In this document: positions 1 through 11,745 of the stretch, piece after piece
Layout: every line of letters starts with the position of its first letter
Position numbering within the stretch: the first letter of the stretch is position 1
Assembly: GCA_964016885.1 (NCBI GenBank)
Contig: OZ024743.1
Coordinates: 63,488,001-63,552,000 of the forward strand
From: Eledone cirrhosa
Taxonomy: Eukaryota
Length of the DNA: 64,000 nt
Direction: 5' to 3'
Translations under genes and position numbers: made by a program
Notes under the pieces: generated by a model
Seen by the model: the letters and a program-made list of their open reading frames with translations, nothing else
Told to the model about the DNA's origin: nothing
The model's database searches: none

Positions 1-138
1 CTGAAACCTGTTAAAGTATCAAACCATATGAAATGATAGAGTAGACAAATAAAGGAAAGAGAAGAAAAAGAAACAAACAAGAAAAAGCACTCATAATTAT
101 TTTGTAAAGCTACATTTCCTGTGAGATTTTAAAAGGGT

Positions 139-168
<30 letters not shown>

Positions 169-170
<2 letters not shown>

Positions 171-503
171 GAGGTTCTCAAAGTGGGGACTACCACCCCT
201 GGAGGACATTGAGAAGGTTCAGGAGCCGCTGGGACCTAAGGGGGCAGTAGAGATGATATAATAGTATATTAAATATCAAATAATACATATTATTTATATA
301 TAGTAAAATAAAAAAATATATATTTATTTATACATAGTATATATTATATATAAATTAACGATTTTATTTATTATATATTATTTACAATTTGCGTGAAGGT
401 AGGTCTCTCTGGAAATAGGGTGGGGTACTGAGGGTATTGTGTGGCTGTGAGGGGGGCAGTGGCTGTGAGGGGGGCAGTGGCCTGAAACGTTTGAAAACCT
501 CTG
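169..503. mobile_element. hAT (Charlie-like) MITE
   Basis: TIRs CAGAGGTTCTCAAA / TTTGAAAACCTCTG; no ORF; sits in the (CAT)n tail of a LINE remnant. Confidence 0.7.
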
Positions 504-507
504 ATAT

Positions 508-960
508 ACATCCTTTAACGTTTGTTTTCCCTGCTAGCATGGGTTGGATAGCTTGTCACAGAGCAAGTCAGTTCTTAATCAAAGTTACAGACACCTCAGA
601 TGGGTCAGGGTGAGGTGGAGGAGTAGAAGCATCATGCATATATTACAGCATTCAACAGAGTTCGCCAGGTGCATTTTATTATGGTCCTAGCACTAGAAAA
701 GTTGTCATGACTTAGACACAGCTGAAAAGTCCTCCTGACCCATTGTTTGGCAGGTTTTCTATGACTGGATGCCCTTCCTATCACCAACAATTTTACAGAG
801 TGTACTGAGTGCATTTATCATGTAGATAGATCACCACTAAAGTGGTTGTCATGCTCTTGACACAACTGAAAAGCCTGTTCTCAGACAATAGTGTAAAATG
901 GTGAAAGTTGTCTTGGGGTCTACAAGACTAACCCGTGTTTTAGCAGGGAAGTGGCCATAA
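508..960 (-). mobile_element. Degraded RTE-type LINE 3' end
   Basis: tttaacg..gctagcatgggttgg and tggatgcccttcct motifs shared with the 3'UTR of the intact RTE copy. Confidence 0.6.
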
Positions 961-1082
961 AATGCTTGTTGTTGCGGTTGTAATTGAAATATTTCATCTC
1001 ACTATATTATATATGTAAGACTCTACTATAGTTTTGTATTTCATATACAGATTGCTCCCCCTAAATTGAATAGAATATGAGA

Positions 1083-1114
1083 CCAAAAGTTGTTCGCCGC
1101 TATCATCAGTTGGC
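1083..1114 (-). ncRNA. Degenerate hammerhead-like motif
   Basis: minus strand gccaa-CTGATGA-tagcggc-GAAC-aactt-ttggt; stem I plausible, stems II and III eroded. Confidence 0.25.
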
Positions 1115-1340
1115 TTAACCCTTTGGCATTTAAACCGGTCATATCTATCCAGAATTCTCTTATCTCTCTCTGTTCCAACTGACCATAACCGGCCACTCAT
1201 ACTGACATTAAGGTATTCTTCTCGAAATAAATTATAACATCAAAATCTCATAGATTCCATATTATGTGAGATAATTATGTGGGATAAAGCCTTTACTATG
1301 AAAATACAATAGTAGAGTAATCTAAATGCTAAAAGCTTAA
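1115..1340. mobile_element. piggyBac-type MITE (family 1)
   Basis: TTAA-CCCTTTGGCATTTA ... TAAATGCTAAAAGC-TTAA; homologous copies at 39181 and 48745. Confidence 0.7.
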
Positions 1341-1374
1341 AGACAAAACCCTTTCCTTTTATTACATTTACAAT

Positions 1375-2115
1375 CATCATTACCATTTAATGCCCATTTT
1401 CCACACTAGCATGGGTTAGATGAGTTGTCCTGTTGTGAGACAAGTCAGATAAGGTGACCATGTCTTGCTCATACAGAACTGTTTCTGGATTGGTTTCTAC
1501 AGCTGGATGCCTTTCCTAATACCAACCACATTTACAGCATTGACTGGGTGCTTTTTGTTGTGCACACCCCTTTCTGACATATTGTACAAGGTCACTTTCC
1601 TGTTGGTATCACCTTCCTGTCTTCTTTCCTACTTATTAAGACTTTCATCGTCACTAAATTTACTTTTAGGCCTTTCAACTCCAGGTTCTTCTTCCATGCT
1701 TGAAATGCTGCTTCTAACTCTCCTACAAACTGAGCTATGAGAACTAGGTCATCAGCATAAAGGAACTTTCATGGAGCACCCGTTTTTAAATTTTCAGTGA
1801 AAGCCTGAAGTACAATGATAAATAGGAGTGGACTGATCCTTGGTGGATCCTCACCTGCACTTCAAATTCATCACTATACTCATTGCCAACTCTCACACTG
1901 TGGGTTGCTCCTCTATACATGGCCTGCATGGCCCTCATAAGCCTTTTGTCTACACCTAGCTTCTTAAGTACCCATCAGATTATAGAGCATGGGACCCTAT
2001 CAAAGGTTTCATCCAGATCTACAAATGCTAAATACAGTGGCTTACACTTAGCTAAGTACCTCTCCTGTAGTTGTCTCACCAGAAAAAGGGCATTGGTAGA
2101 ACCCTTATCTGGCAT
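1375..2115 (-). mobile_element. Degraded RTE LINE (3' end plus RT fragment)
   Basis: 3'UTR motifs at 1375-1560; 1735-2115 antisense encodes LVRQLQERYLAKCKPLYLAFVDLDETFDRVP and an LYADD-like segment. Confidence 0.75.
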
Positions 2116-2619
2116 AAATTCAAACTACATCTTATATGGTAAATTAATAGAAACAAACCCTCTCAATTTTAGTGGAAAATCATTTTTTTCCCTCAGCTTC
2201 TTCGTGTGCTAATCTGACCTCCAACATACTCAGAGTTTTCTTTACCATTATTTTATTTTACGGATGTTTTCAACGAATATGACTTCCAAACTAATCGGAA
2301 ATTATTAGCTTTTTAGAAAAAGGAGGGAGAGAGCAAATGGAAAGACCATCAGAGTTTTTCAGATCTGTCACTCTCCTGCATTTGGTGGGAAATAATTATT
2401 TTTCCTCGTTTTTTTTTTTTTTTCTTTTATGTGCTATCAACTAATCTGACGTCTGAACCTTTTTCAAAGCCGTTTTTCTCGGAAAATGGAGGGAGTACAC
2501 CCCTCCCCCCAATCCAATATCACCTTAAACCCATACTCCAATCACATCATTTTCCAGGCAAAAAAGTCAGAAGGGTGGTTTATGCATATATACATGTTTA
2601 TATGCACATTTATATATAT

Positions 2620-2807
2620 CTGTATGTGGTGAACTGCTGAGAGAAAAGCCTACTCAATACCGAAGTAAAGTTTTAATATTCATTTTATTAAGGCTAAATA
2701 GTGAGTCTTGTTACTTTGGAGTTTTGCCTGTTTATCCCAAGGTCATGATAAACAGGCGAAACTCCAGAGTAACAAGACTCACTATTTAGCCTTAATAAAA
2801 TGAATAT
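2620..2807. mobile_element. Penelope-like pLTR remnant with fold-back (61-bp arms 2676-2736/2747-2807)
   Basis: inverted repeat with a 10-nt loop and 2 mismatches; contains the hammerhead 3' half aggc-GAAA-ctc-ca-gag-TA. Confidence 0.5.
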
Positions 2808-3505
2808 CATCATCATCATCATCGTTTAACGTCTATCTTCCATGCTAGCATGGGTTTAGACAGGAATTGTCCCACTTCAGGCAAGATTGGTCGGGTGACC
2901 GTGTCTCGCTCATATAGGACTGTCTGGCAGGTTTTCTACGGCTGGATGCCCTTCCTAACACCAACCACATTTACAGTGTGGACTGGGAGGTCTTTACCGT
3001 GTTTCCTACATGGCCACATTACAGCATGGACTGTGTGTTTTTTTTGTCGTGACACCTACACGGTCTCATTTATTTTGGACTGGATGTTGTGGTACCAACA
3101 TAACTTTACAGAGAAAGGGTGGTGTTGGTGGGAGTGGGAGGGTGGAGTAGGGGTAGTGGGACGGGGTGTATATTTGGTTAAGCGGTACCTACTGACTGTA
3201 GGTTTCGCTTTGTACATAAGCAAGGCGGGTCTTCTGTATTACTGCGTGGCGCCAAAGATCTCGGTCCAGTGACATTGTCTTAGAGAGGTGTAAGTGTGTA
3301 AGGTCTGAATTTATCAAGGGTCTACCTACTCCGTAACTTCCATCAATTTTGATCGCCCTGCACTTTTTTATACAGCTGTCATCTTTCATGCACATCACGT
3401 GTCCATACCAACATAGTCTTCTCTCGAGTAAACAGCATCTGATCCCTCTTATTCCTAATTTCTCACTTAGTTCATTTATGTTTTGCCGTTCACGTATATT
3501 ACTAC
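2808..3505 (-). mobile_element. RTE LINE family A, 5'-truncated
   Basis: (CAT)n tail at 2808, 3'UTR, ORF C-terminus (DDSCIKKCRAIKIDG...DRDLWR) matching the 44615 ORF. Confidence 0.9.
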
Positions 3506-4609
3506 TCGATATATATAAAATTATGTCTCTCTGTCTGTCTGTTTCTATGCATTCTCAAACGTCTGGACCAAATCAAATCAAATTTTACAAGGTAATAGTA
3601 TTAGACCCCATGAATGTCAACATGTAATTTTTATTTTCATTTGGATTAAAAAAATATATTTTATCAAAAATAATATTTTTATAGTGAACTATAGTAAGCC
3701 ACCACTGCCAGTCACATTTTGTATATGAGTGTGTATGTGTCTGTAAGTGTGTTTGCGAGTTTGTTACTACGTAAGTTGCATACACATTATCTTCACACAG
3801 GCAATTAAACACACACACACATCTACACATACAGATACATATGTGATGACAGACAGGTGTGCATGAATGTATGTCTTTGCGTGTCTGTCTTAGTATATGT
3901 ATGTGAGTGTATGTGAGAGTGTGTGTGTGTATGTATGAGTGTATGTGTGTGCGAGTGTATGTGATAATTTTTATTTTCATTTGCATTAGATACATATGTG
4001 ATGACAGACAGGTGTGCCGGTATGTATGTCTGTGTGTGTCTATCTTAGTATATGTATGTGAATGTATGTGAGAGTGTGTGAGAGTGTATGTGTGTATGAG
4101 TGTATGTGTGAGTGTGTGTGTGAGTGTATGTGTGAGTATATGTGAAATAATTTTTATTTTCATTTGCATTAAAACAATAGAAAACAACACACCTTTGTCT
4201 TATTTTGTATATGAATATGTATGTGTGTGTGCATTCATTAGGTAGTGATTAAATACAGACACACATCTACACATATGTAGCAACTGACCAAAAATGAGGT
4301 GAAAAGCTATGCATGTGTCTGTGTGTGTCCATCTTAGTATATGTATATGAGAGTGTATGTGTGTGAGTGTGTAGCAACAATTTATTCATTTGGACACCAA
4401 CAAAAAATTACACAATGAATATTGTTTACCCTGCTTCAAGATTGACAAATTTTCATTTTTAAATTCTATTATCATTACAATGTTGATATCTTTTAAATAA
4501 AATATAGATATTTTGAAATAATTATGTAAAAAATATATCTTCATATTTATTGTTTACTAATCTGAATAAGAACAGCAGTAACCTGGGCAACGCCGGGTAA
4601 TTCAGCTAG
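3506..4609 (+). mobile_element. Non-autonomous Helitron (Lep1-like)
   Basis: 5' TC-gATATATATAAAA with (TCTG)n; 3' hairpin ACCTGGGCAACGCCGGGT then CTAG|T; internal ~160-180-bp duplications and TG-rich repeats. Confidence 0.75.
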
Positions 4610-5214
4610 TATATATATTGAACCGAACTGGTAAATATGGTAATTTCGCATGTGTTGTGTATGCTTTATATATTTCTTTATATATTATTTCTCTGTGTAA
4701 AACACTAACCTTTTGTCTGTGCCTACTATTGCTTCTTAAAAACACTTCCATTCCTCCAAATTTAATAAACTTATTCCATCTATATAAAGAAAAATAACAA
4801 CAACATAATAAATAAATAACCTGCCTACTACCACATATTAGGTAATTTTCCATTCCTGTAATGTCCCACAACACTCTAACTGTACAAGAAAAATAACTAA
4901 TAACATTGAAAATTGTAATGGCATAGGAGTTATAACTCAACAGTTTTACATGGTCACTGTACACTCCATGTACAAAATATGCTTTTTGAGATCTAACTGC
5001 TTGCTCTCTGCTCACTCTTTTGATATTGTATTTATTCTTGAAAACTTTTGAAATTAGTAAACTTTATTCTTTCTTATTTCCTGAGGATATGTGAGTTATA
5101 GATATTATGTATGTTGTAGTTAATTGATAACTTATCATTTCCAGTTGTTCTGCAAATACATTTATTATTATGACCGTATGTAAGTTGTTAACCTTAGTTT
5201 TTTGTAATATTGAA

Positions 5215-5410
5215 TACATACTGTAAATGTGGTTGGTGTTAAGAAAGGCATCCAGTTGTAAAAATCCCGGCCAAATTTACAGTCCTGTTGGAGCAAGGTA
5301 CGGTGTGGCGAATTCTGCCCATACTTGTCTCTCAATGCGGACAACCTATCTGAACCATGCACGCATGGAAAATAGACGTTAAATGGTGATGATGATGATA
5401 ATTATGATGA
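5215..5410 (+). mobile_element. RTE 3' end remnant
   Basis: ctgtaaatgtggttggtgttaagaaaggcatcc...gacgttaaa(tga)n. Confidence 0.75.
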
Positions 5411-5449
5411 TATATATATATACCATACTGGCCAGATAATATTTTTTGA

Positions 5450-5593
5450 TGGAGGCACATGGCTTAGTGGTTAGAGCATTGGCCTTGCAATCAAAAGGTT
5501 GTGAGTTCAATTCTCAGACCGGGTGATGTGTTGTTTCCTTGAGCAAGACACTTTATTTCACATTGCTCCAGTTTACTCAGCTGTAGAAATGAG
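5450..5593 (+). mobile_element. tRNA-derived SINE (family S1)
   Basis: A box TGGCTTAGTGG, B box GAGTTCAATTC, then ccttgagcaagacactttatttcac; homologues at 16445, 29690, 59100. Confidence 0.8.
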
Positions 5594-5604
5594 ATGATAG
5601 GGAC

Positions 5605-5788
5605 TGGGGTCCATATCATTCCACTGCAAAGTGGTCGTAGAGGTGCCATGGCAAAAAAGCACCCAGCACTCACTGTAAATGAGGTTGGTGTTAGGAAGAG
5701 CATCCAGCTGTAGAAATTAAGCCAGAATCAATTCCCGTCTCACCCTTGCAAGCAGGGAAAAAGCGGACGTAAAATGAAATGATGATGA

Positions 5789-5790
<2 letters not shown>
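5605..5790 (+). mobile_element. RTE-type 3' end remnant
   Basis: 48-bp-like subunit plus cttgcaagcagggaaaaagcggacg and (GAT)n tail; similar to 28933-29170. Confidence 0.7.
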
Positions 5791-5824
<34 letters not shown>

Positions 5825-5832
5825 TCATATTG

Positions 5833-6294
5833 TTTTGTAAATCATATTTATTGTATAAATTGTAATAAGTATAAGATGTAATAAAAGTGACTACATTAAA
5901 TTTATTTAATGTTTCCATGGGGATAATTTGATGCTTAAACAATTGATAGAACACATAAATTATGTTATACTATTATTACATAAACCATTGTTTTATAAAC
6001 TGAATAAGTAATATTCGGTTTCATAATAAGTTTCTATTTCATAACTTCTGTATTGCTTCTGTAAGGAAAAGCAATACAGAAGTTATGAAATAGAAACTTA
6101 TTATGAAACCGAATATTACTTATTCAGTTTATAAAACAATGGTTTATGTAATAATAGTATAACATAATTTATGTGTTCTATCAATTGTTTAAGCATCAAA
6201 TTATCCCCATGGAAACATTAAATAAATTTAATGTAGTCACTTTTATTACATCTTATACTTATTACAATTTATACAATAAATATGATTTACAAAA
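5833..6294. repeat. Long inverted duplication, 226-bp arms, 10-nt spacer
   Basis: 5833-6058 is the reverse complement of 6069-6294; mirrored ORFs 5691..5954(-) and 6173..6385(+). Confidence 0.95.
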
Positions 6295-6889
6295 TAAACA
6301 ATACAATACAAAACAAATTAGTCAGAAAAACAACAAAACAGACATGCACACTCATAATAGTGAGGTGGATAAAGCACTGGAATAGACAAACACTCTCACC
6401 AGCATCACCTTAATGCATCAGTAAGATGAGTCAACAACAATGACAAAAACCTTGTTGCCAGTGGTCCATGTCTCCAGTGTCACAGGCTGAAGAAAAAGAT
6501 AAAAGTTTACTGATAAATGAATTAGTTATCTTTCCTTTAAGGGAAGTGGTAAAGTTTAAGTTTGAAAGACCTTTAACAACCTTTTACTTGTTGCTTATGT
6601 TGTTACCTAAATATCACAAACACATTTTGGGGTTGATACGACAGTCACATTTCATTTTCCCATTTTTAGAAAAAAATATATTTTATTCACAGTTGTATAA
6701 ATATCACAAATTGTTCACAATTCTTTATTATGAAAATATAAACACAAATGCAAACACATATAATAAATACAAAAGCACCCAGCCCACACTGTAAAGTGGT
6801 TGTGTATGTATCACGACAAAAATTAGAATACACAGCAAAAATTCTAACCATTCCAAAACTAAAAAGCTGAGCTGAGGACACAAATAAAT

Positions 6890-7700
6890 TGCTACGACTG
6901 TCGCTGGTGGGGCCCCCCACTGAGCGTAGCTGTGGCAATTACCCTATTTGACCCCCATTAAATTCAGCCCTGCAATACTCCTCCCACCAAAAGCAAATGA
7001 GATGCAATCCAGTGCGACAAGGCTTCAGACAGCCTTACGCCCCTGCTTGATCAGCACCATCTGGCATGTTTCCACTCTACCTCCCAACCATACAGCGATG
7101 TTGGGCTTAATGCTGTACTCTCACTATCAGCTAATACTCAGCAAAACAGCGACTGTCAGTGCATCAGTGTTTCCCTGAACCTCAACCTCTGGATTTATGA
7201 GCCACACAAATGCCACTGTAAATTTACAGTGGATGCTTTCGGCTTTCACCCACTGTCATGCTGTCACAGTGCCAGTCACCTTCCACACCAACAAGATTAT
7301 TATGTATGGCTTGGATGCCACAGGCTCCCCTTCATATCTCAAGTTGGTGGGATTAGACCAACAGGATGGCAGGTCTGATACATCACAATCTTCCTGTTTT
7401 GTGGTTTAAATCTCTCATCTGGGTTTCAACAGGTAGTGACATTTTTCTTGGTGCATGCGGCGATTGATCCAGGCTTTGTTATCTGACAAATGGAAGACTG
7501 CAAGCTGTTGAAGTAATGGTTGCTCTCCAATAGGTTTGTTGTCAAACTGTAGCAGTGGAGTGTTCCAGTGTTATTGCTCCCAAGAACATCAATTGTTCCC
7601 ATGCTCTCAAATAGTCACATATCACCATTCACTGAACTTTAACCCCAGTCGGCTTAACAGAGATACCAATTTCTTTGTTTGAACTAGCATCATTGCTGTT
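6890..7700 (+). mobile_element. CRE-clade-like non-LTR retrotransposon relic (CCHC finger plus restriction-like endonuclease)
   Basis: frameshifted translation EPHKCHCKFTVDAFGFHPLSC / NKIIMYGLDATGSPSYLKLVGLDQQDGRSD / SLIWVSTGSDIF / AVECSSVIAP follows the CxC..H..C..RH, DGxRPD, LxWDxT, AVETxG pattern. Confidence 0.7.
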
Positions 7701-8285
7701 TAGATTTACAGTATTTGTTTAGAAGGAAATGGCTGTTTAATGTTTCTGGGCACCTGATCTTTATAATTACAAGAGATTTTGACCCTAGAATATGGAGTCT
7801 GCTTCTTCACTCTGCCACAGACAGACAGTCTGTTTTCATCCTCGCACAGTTCATCATGTAGCCTCACATACACACTTGCTAGCTCAGCACTAGCAGAGCT
7901 TGATACCAACATCAACAAAAGGTTAGTAAAATTCATTACTTTTAGATTCTACATTCACACACATGATCCAACTAACTTAATGCATCACAAATATACATGT
8001 ACCTTTTCCAACTGTTCATTATTGCACATGATTTGGGAGCAAATCATGCAACTAATAAAAACATAAATATTAGCAATGTCTTGTTCATTTATAACTTCAT
8101 ATCAATGTGAGTAGAGAAAATAGTCTTCCCTGCGGCAATATCACATCACCACAACAAGCAACTACAACTACTGGTTTCATCGATGATGGCACGACTTCAT
8201 AGTCACAATTCTCTTGATTCACTGAGACACACTTCACTCACTTGCCATAGACTCAACCAACAACCACCCCTGCTTTATATAAACA

Positions 8286-9162
8286 CTAGCAGTAAAGCCC
8301 GGCGTTGCTCGGGGTCCCTCAGTAGCTGTGTTAAAGTTACAATGTTAAGTTTCTTTCTTGGCTTAAAAACTGTAGTGTCTACTGTGCAGACTTGCATGTG
8401 GTGTTTTTGATTAATATTCCCTCAACCAACAATATGCCTTATGAAGTTAAGAAAACATAACGATAACCCGAATGTTATAACAAAAGAGGATGCTGGGGAT
8501 AGAAACTGCACTGGTTATTTATTAACAAAGATCGAAAATGTAAACACTGCAACGCAGAGAAAAACATTAGCGTAACCAAATTATCAGTTATGTCTGTCTG
8601 CACGCCTATATCACCTCTCTGCACGACTATCTGTCTGCACGCCTATATCACCTCTCTGCACGACTGTCTGTCTGCACGCCTATATCACCTCTCTGCACGA
8701 CTGTCTGTCTGCACGACTGTCTGTCTGCACGCCTAACGACGAAATATTTGCTTGTTTTACGTAGTCTTTAAATAGACTTGTTTTCAAGTAAAAATATTGT
8801 TTTAAAATGCTTTTAAATGGAAATGAAGCAAAACGGAAGCTTAGTGTTCGAACTCATGAATTTTGCAGGTCAATATTTTGCTGGCTCGACAACTGTTAAA
8901 GCCAGCGTAATTTTTTACGTAAGACGCTCAATGTAAACAGAACAAAGGGAAATAACTGATAACTTACGCTCAAAAATCGATACATTATATTCGATTTCGT
9001 CACATAGGGTGGGTCAATTTGAAATTTTTTTTTTCCGATGTCTTCGCTAGGGCTCAATGTACAAGTATAGCAATTTCGGTGCAATTCCGTGAGAGATTCT
9101 AAGAGGAGATGTGTGCCAAAAATCGATAGACAGACAGACAACCACAGTTTTATATATATAGA
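8286..9162 (-). mobile_element. Non-autonomous Helitron (Lep1-like), 877 bp
   Basis: minus strand A|TCTATATATATAAAAC..(TGTC)n ... CCCGAGCAACGCCGGG..CTAG|T; no TSD; empty site preserved at 10842/10843. Confidence 0.9.
8592..8735. repeat. 37-bp minisatellite (about 3 units plus partials) inside the Helitron
   Basis: cacgcctatatcacctctctgcacgact recurs at 8601, 8638, 8675. Confidence 0.9.
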
Positions 9163-9346
9163 TTAAAGCGAATCTAATACATGTTTCAATACTTTTTATT
9201 TTATTTTTGAATTCGGCAGATCTGAACCTAGAATGTAAGAAGTTGTAACTAAATACTGCTGGTATTTCGTTAGAAGTTCGAACGATTCTGCCTATCTACT
9301 ATTTTTTTTTTTTTTTAAATTTCGCATATAGTTAAACTTCGCATAT

Positions 9347-9397
9347 AATCAATGAAATAGTTGAATGAGTGAATCTCATTCAACTATTTCATTGATT
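9347..9397. repeat. Perfect 23-bp hairpin
   Basis: aatcaatgaaatagttgaatgag-tgaat-ctcattcaactatttcattgatt. Confidence 0.9.
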
Positions 9398-9869
9398 CAC
9401 CTTGCAATTCCTCCTACAATATCACAAATGAATCAAGCAAGCAATCAACCTACCACCACAAACCACTAATCTCAAACCCAACCCAATAAAGGCCCCTTTC
9501 CCCCAACTTACTTCTATCAGGACAAAGTTGGCCACCCGCAGGAGTAAGCTCTGCGATATGAAATTGCTGTTTCATCTCGTCTCCCTCACCATCCTCCAAG
9601 GCAACACTTTCTCCTTTCTGTCTGCTGAGATACGAAGGCAGCTTGAGGCTAGAGCTCTGTATTCCAGAGAGCTTTTCCATACATCATACAGGCCCTTATC
9701 ATTGAGGTAGCAATGTTTGAGTACTCTTTCACCAGTTTTCATTTATATTTAGGTCATTCTTGATATTTCACCATCACTTCCTCATATATGTAATAAGGAT
9801 AAAGATCCCAAAACTCCTTGTGAAGTCGCATATATAATACCATGTTGTAACAGTCCCTCACACACCCTA

Positions 9870-10100
9870 TACTCACCTCCCCCACCAAAGCCCCCAGCCC
9901 ACACTGTAAAGTGGTTGTGTAGGTGTCATGTCAAAAAGTACACAGCCCACACTGTAAAGTGATCATGTAGGTGTCATGACAAAAAGCACCCAGTACACCA
10001 AACCAAAATCAGTTCTGTATGACATCTGACGTGGCTTATCTCATAACGGGACAACTCATTTAACCCATGCTAGCTTGAAAAAATGGACGTTAAACGGTAC
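9870..10100 (+). mobile_element. RTE 3' end remnant with two 48-bp subunits
   Basis: cagcccacactgtaaagtg..gtaggtgtcatg twice, then taacccatgctagc..ggacgttaaa. Confidence 0.75.
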
Positions 10101-10224
10101 AAAACGCCAGCACCAATAGTTTTGCAAGAGATGTCAACATGAATGGACCTGTTATTTTTATCTGAAGACATTTTTTCCAATTCCAACCCGCCCGTCCCCT
10201 CAATCTATCTTATTTCTCATTCTT

Positions 10225-10260
10225 TCTTCTGATGAAAGACTAGCGTCCGAAACGTTAAGA
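10225..10260 (+). ncRNA. Minimal type-I hammerhead ribozyme (Penelope-like)
   Basis: tctt-CTGATGA-aa-gac-tagc-gtc-c-GAAA-cg-TT-aaga; palindromic ACGT stem III; (TA)n ~80 bp downstream. Confidence 0.7.
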
Positions 10261-10332
10261 CCGTCTTCCTGATATATCAAGTGTTAACCTAATATATCCC
10301 TTCCATATACTGTACGGATTGTGTTTACCTTT

Positions 10333-10405
<73 letters not shown>

Positions 10406-10670
10406 TATATATATAGAGAGAGAGGGGGGGATTACATAAGTAATTTGCATTTGTGTTTATTTTTCTAATTTTATTAATATTGAATAAAATATCGCCAATG
10501 TATAGGTGTTAGACAAAATGCCTTGCGGTATGTAGTTATGGAACCTTACGTTCTGAGTTCAAATCCCGTCGAAGTCAATTTTTCCTATCCTCCCTTCGGA
10601 CAGATAAAATAAAGTTCAATACAAGTGTAAGATCGATTTATAGTACTATAGCACATCCTTGTTGTGAATG

Positions 10671-10866
10671 TAACTATATGCGAATTTAAAAAAATAAAAA
10701 AAATAGTAGATAGGCAGAATCGTTCGAACTTCTAACGAAATACCAGCGGTATTTAGTTACTTCTTCTTACATTCTAGGTTCAGATCTGCCGAATTCAAAA
10801 ATAAAATAACAAGTATTGAAACATGTATTAGATTCGCTTTAATGTTTATATAAAGCAGGGGTGGTT
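10671..10866 (-). repeat. Inverted copy of 8262-8285 + 9163-9334
   Basis: ~195 bp reverse-complement match with few mismatches; lacks the Helitron. Confidence 0.9.
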
Positions 10867-11490
10867 ATCCCTCAACCAGGTTGAAGTTTCTAAAAATAAA
10901 TGAATAAATAAAGAAGACCCAAACAGTCATTTAAGTTATGAATTTGTAAGAGATTCAATATTTTTCTCAGCACAATTTACCCCTCGTACTAAAAAGGATC
11001 CCAATCACTGCTATAGAGTAGCATAGATGTGAATGGAATTATGAAAAGAAAATATGATATAGGGCTTCCTATTTATGTGTATGTGTGTGTGTGAGAGAGA
11101 GAGTGAGTGTGTATGTGTGTGTCAGAGATGAAAGAAGTGGAGGTCCATAAATGGTGTGAAAGTCGCCAAATAATCGACCGAGAGAATTGTACACATAAAC
11201 AGACTCATGTAGATATATAGATAGTCAAGTAGACAGACAGACAGATAGATAGATAGATACAAACAAGGATGGATGACTAGAGAAATAGTTAGATACACAG
11301 ATAGACACACAAATACGCTTGCTATATTAGTTGTCTTTAGACCGTTTCTTGACAGTCTCCTTCTTTTTTTAATTTTCAGCTGTTTGCTTTATATTTATTC
11401 TATATACTGGTGGGATATTGAATGATTCTAAAATAAATATCTGTCATGTATGTATGAAGAAACTAACTGCCGCTCGTGTATGTGCATGTC

Positions 11491-11532
<42 letters not shown>

Positions 11533-11538
<6 letters not shown>

Positions 11539-11555
11539 ACTCGGAGCATTTTGCT

Positions 11556-11595
<40 letters not shown>

Positions 11596-11618
11596 AGCAA
11601 AATGCTCCGAGTTGTATA
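11533..11618. repeat. Perfect 86-bp palindrome centred on (TA)15
   Basis: caactcggagcattttgctcattg-(TA)15-caatgagcaaaatgctccgagttg. Confidence 0.95.
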
Positions 11619-11654
11619 AAGTACATCAAACAAGAACAACAAAAAGGTACCTGA

Positions 11655-11745
11655 TGACGTCAGAGAGACGTAATAGTGACGTCAATTCGCGCGTGGTTTC
11701 CTTGCATATGTTTTTTTTGTTTTTGTGCTTCCCCGCCTCCTCCTC
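11655..11745. promoter_or_regulatory. Candidate promoter or enhancer: phased CRE/ATF sites, E2F-like site, GC box
   Basis: TGACGTCA at 11655 and 11677, third ACGT core midway (11-bp spacing); TTCGCGCG at 11686; CCCCGCCTCC at 11731; local CpG excess. Confidence 0.4.

Noticed and set aside
3585-4190. 201-aa His/Thr-rich ORF and similar YIYI/SLSL/poly-M ORFs elsewhere
   Set aside because: Translations of microsatellites
5450-5525. tRNA gene (also 16445, 38773)
   Set aside because: A and B boxes present but no closed acceptor stem; continues into a shared SINE body
7706-7936. hAT dimerization-domain fragment (LLLMLVSSSASAE)
   Set aside because: Only a short partial motif; downstream RSFS and other residues absent
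11651-11690. CTGATGA-cgtc-agaga-gacg as a hammerhead
   Set aside because: No GAAA and no stem I/III; better explained by CRE palindromes
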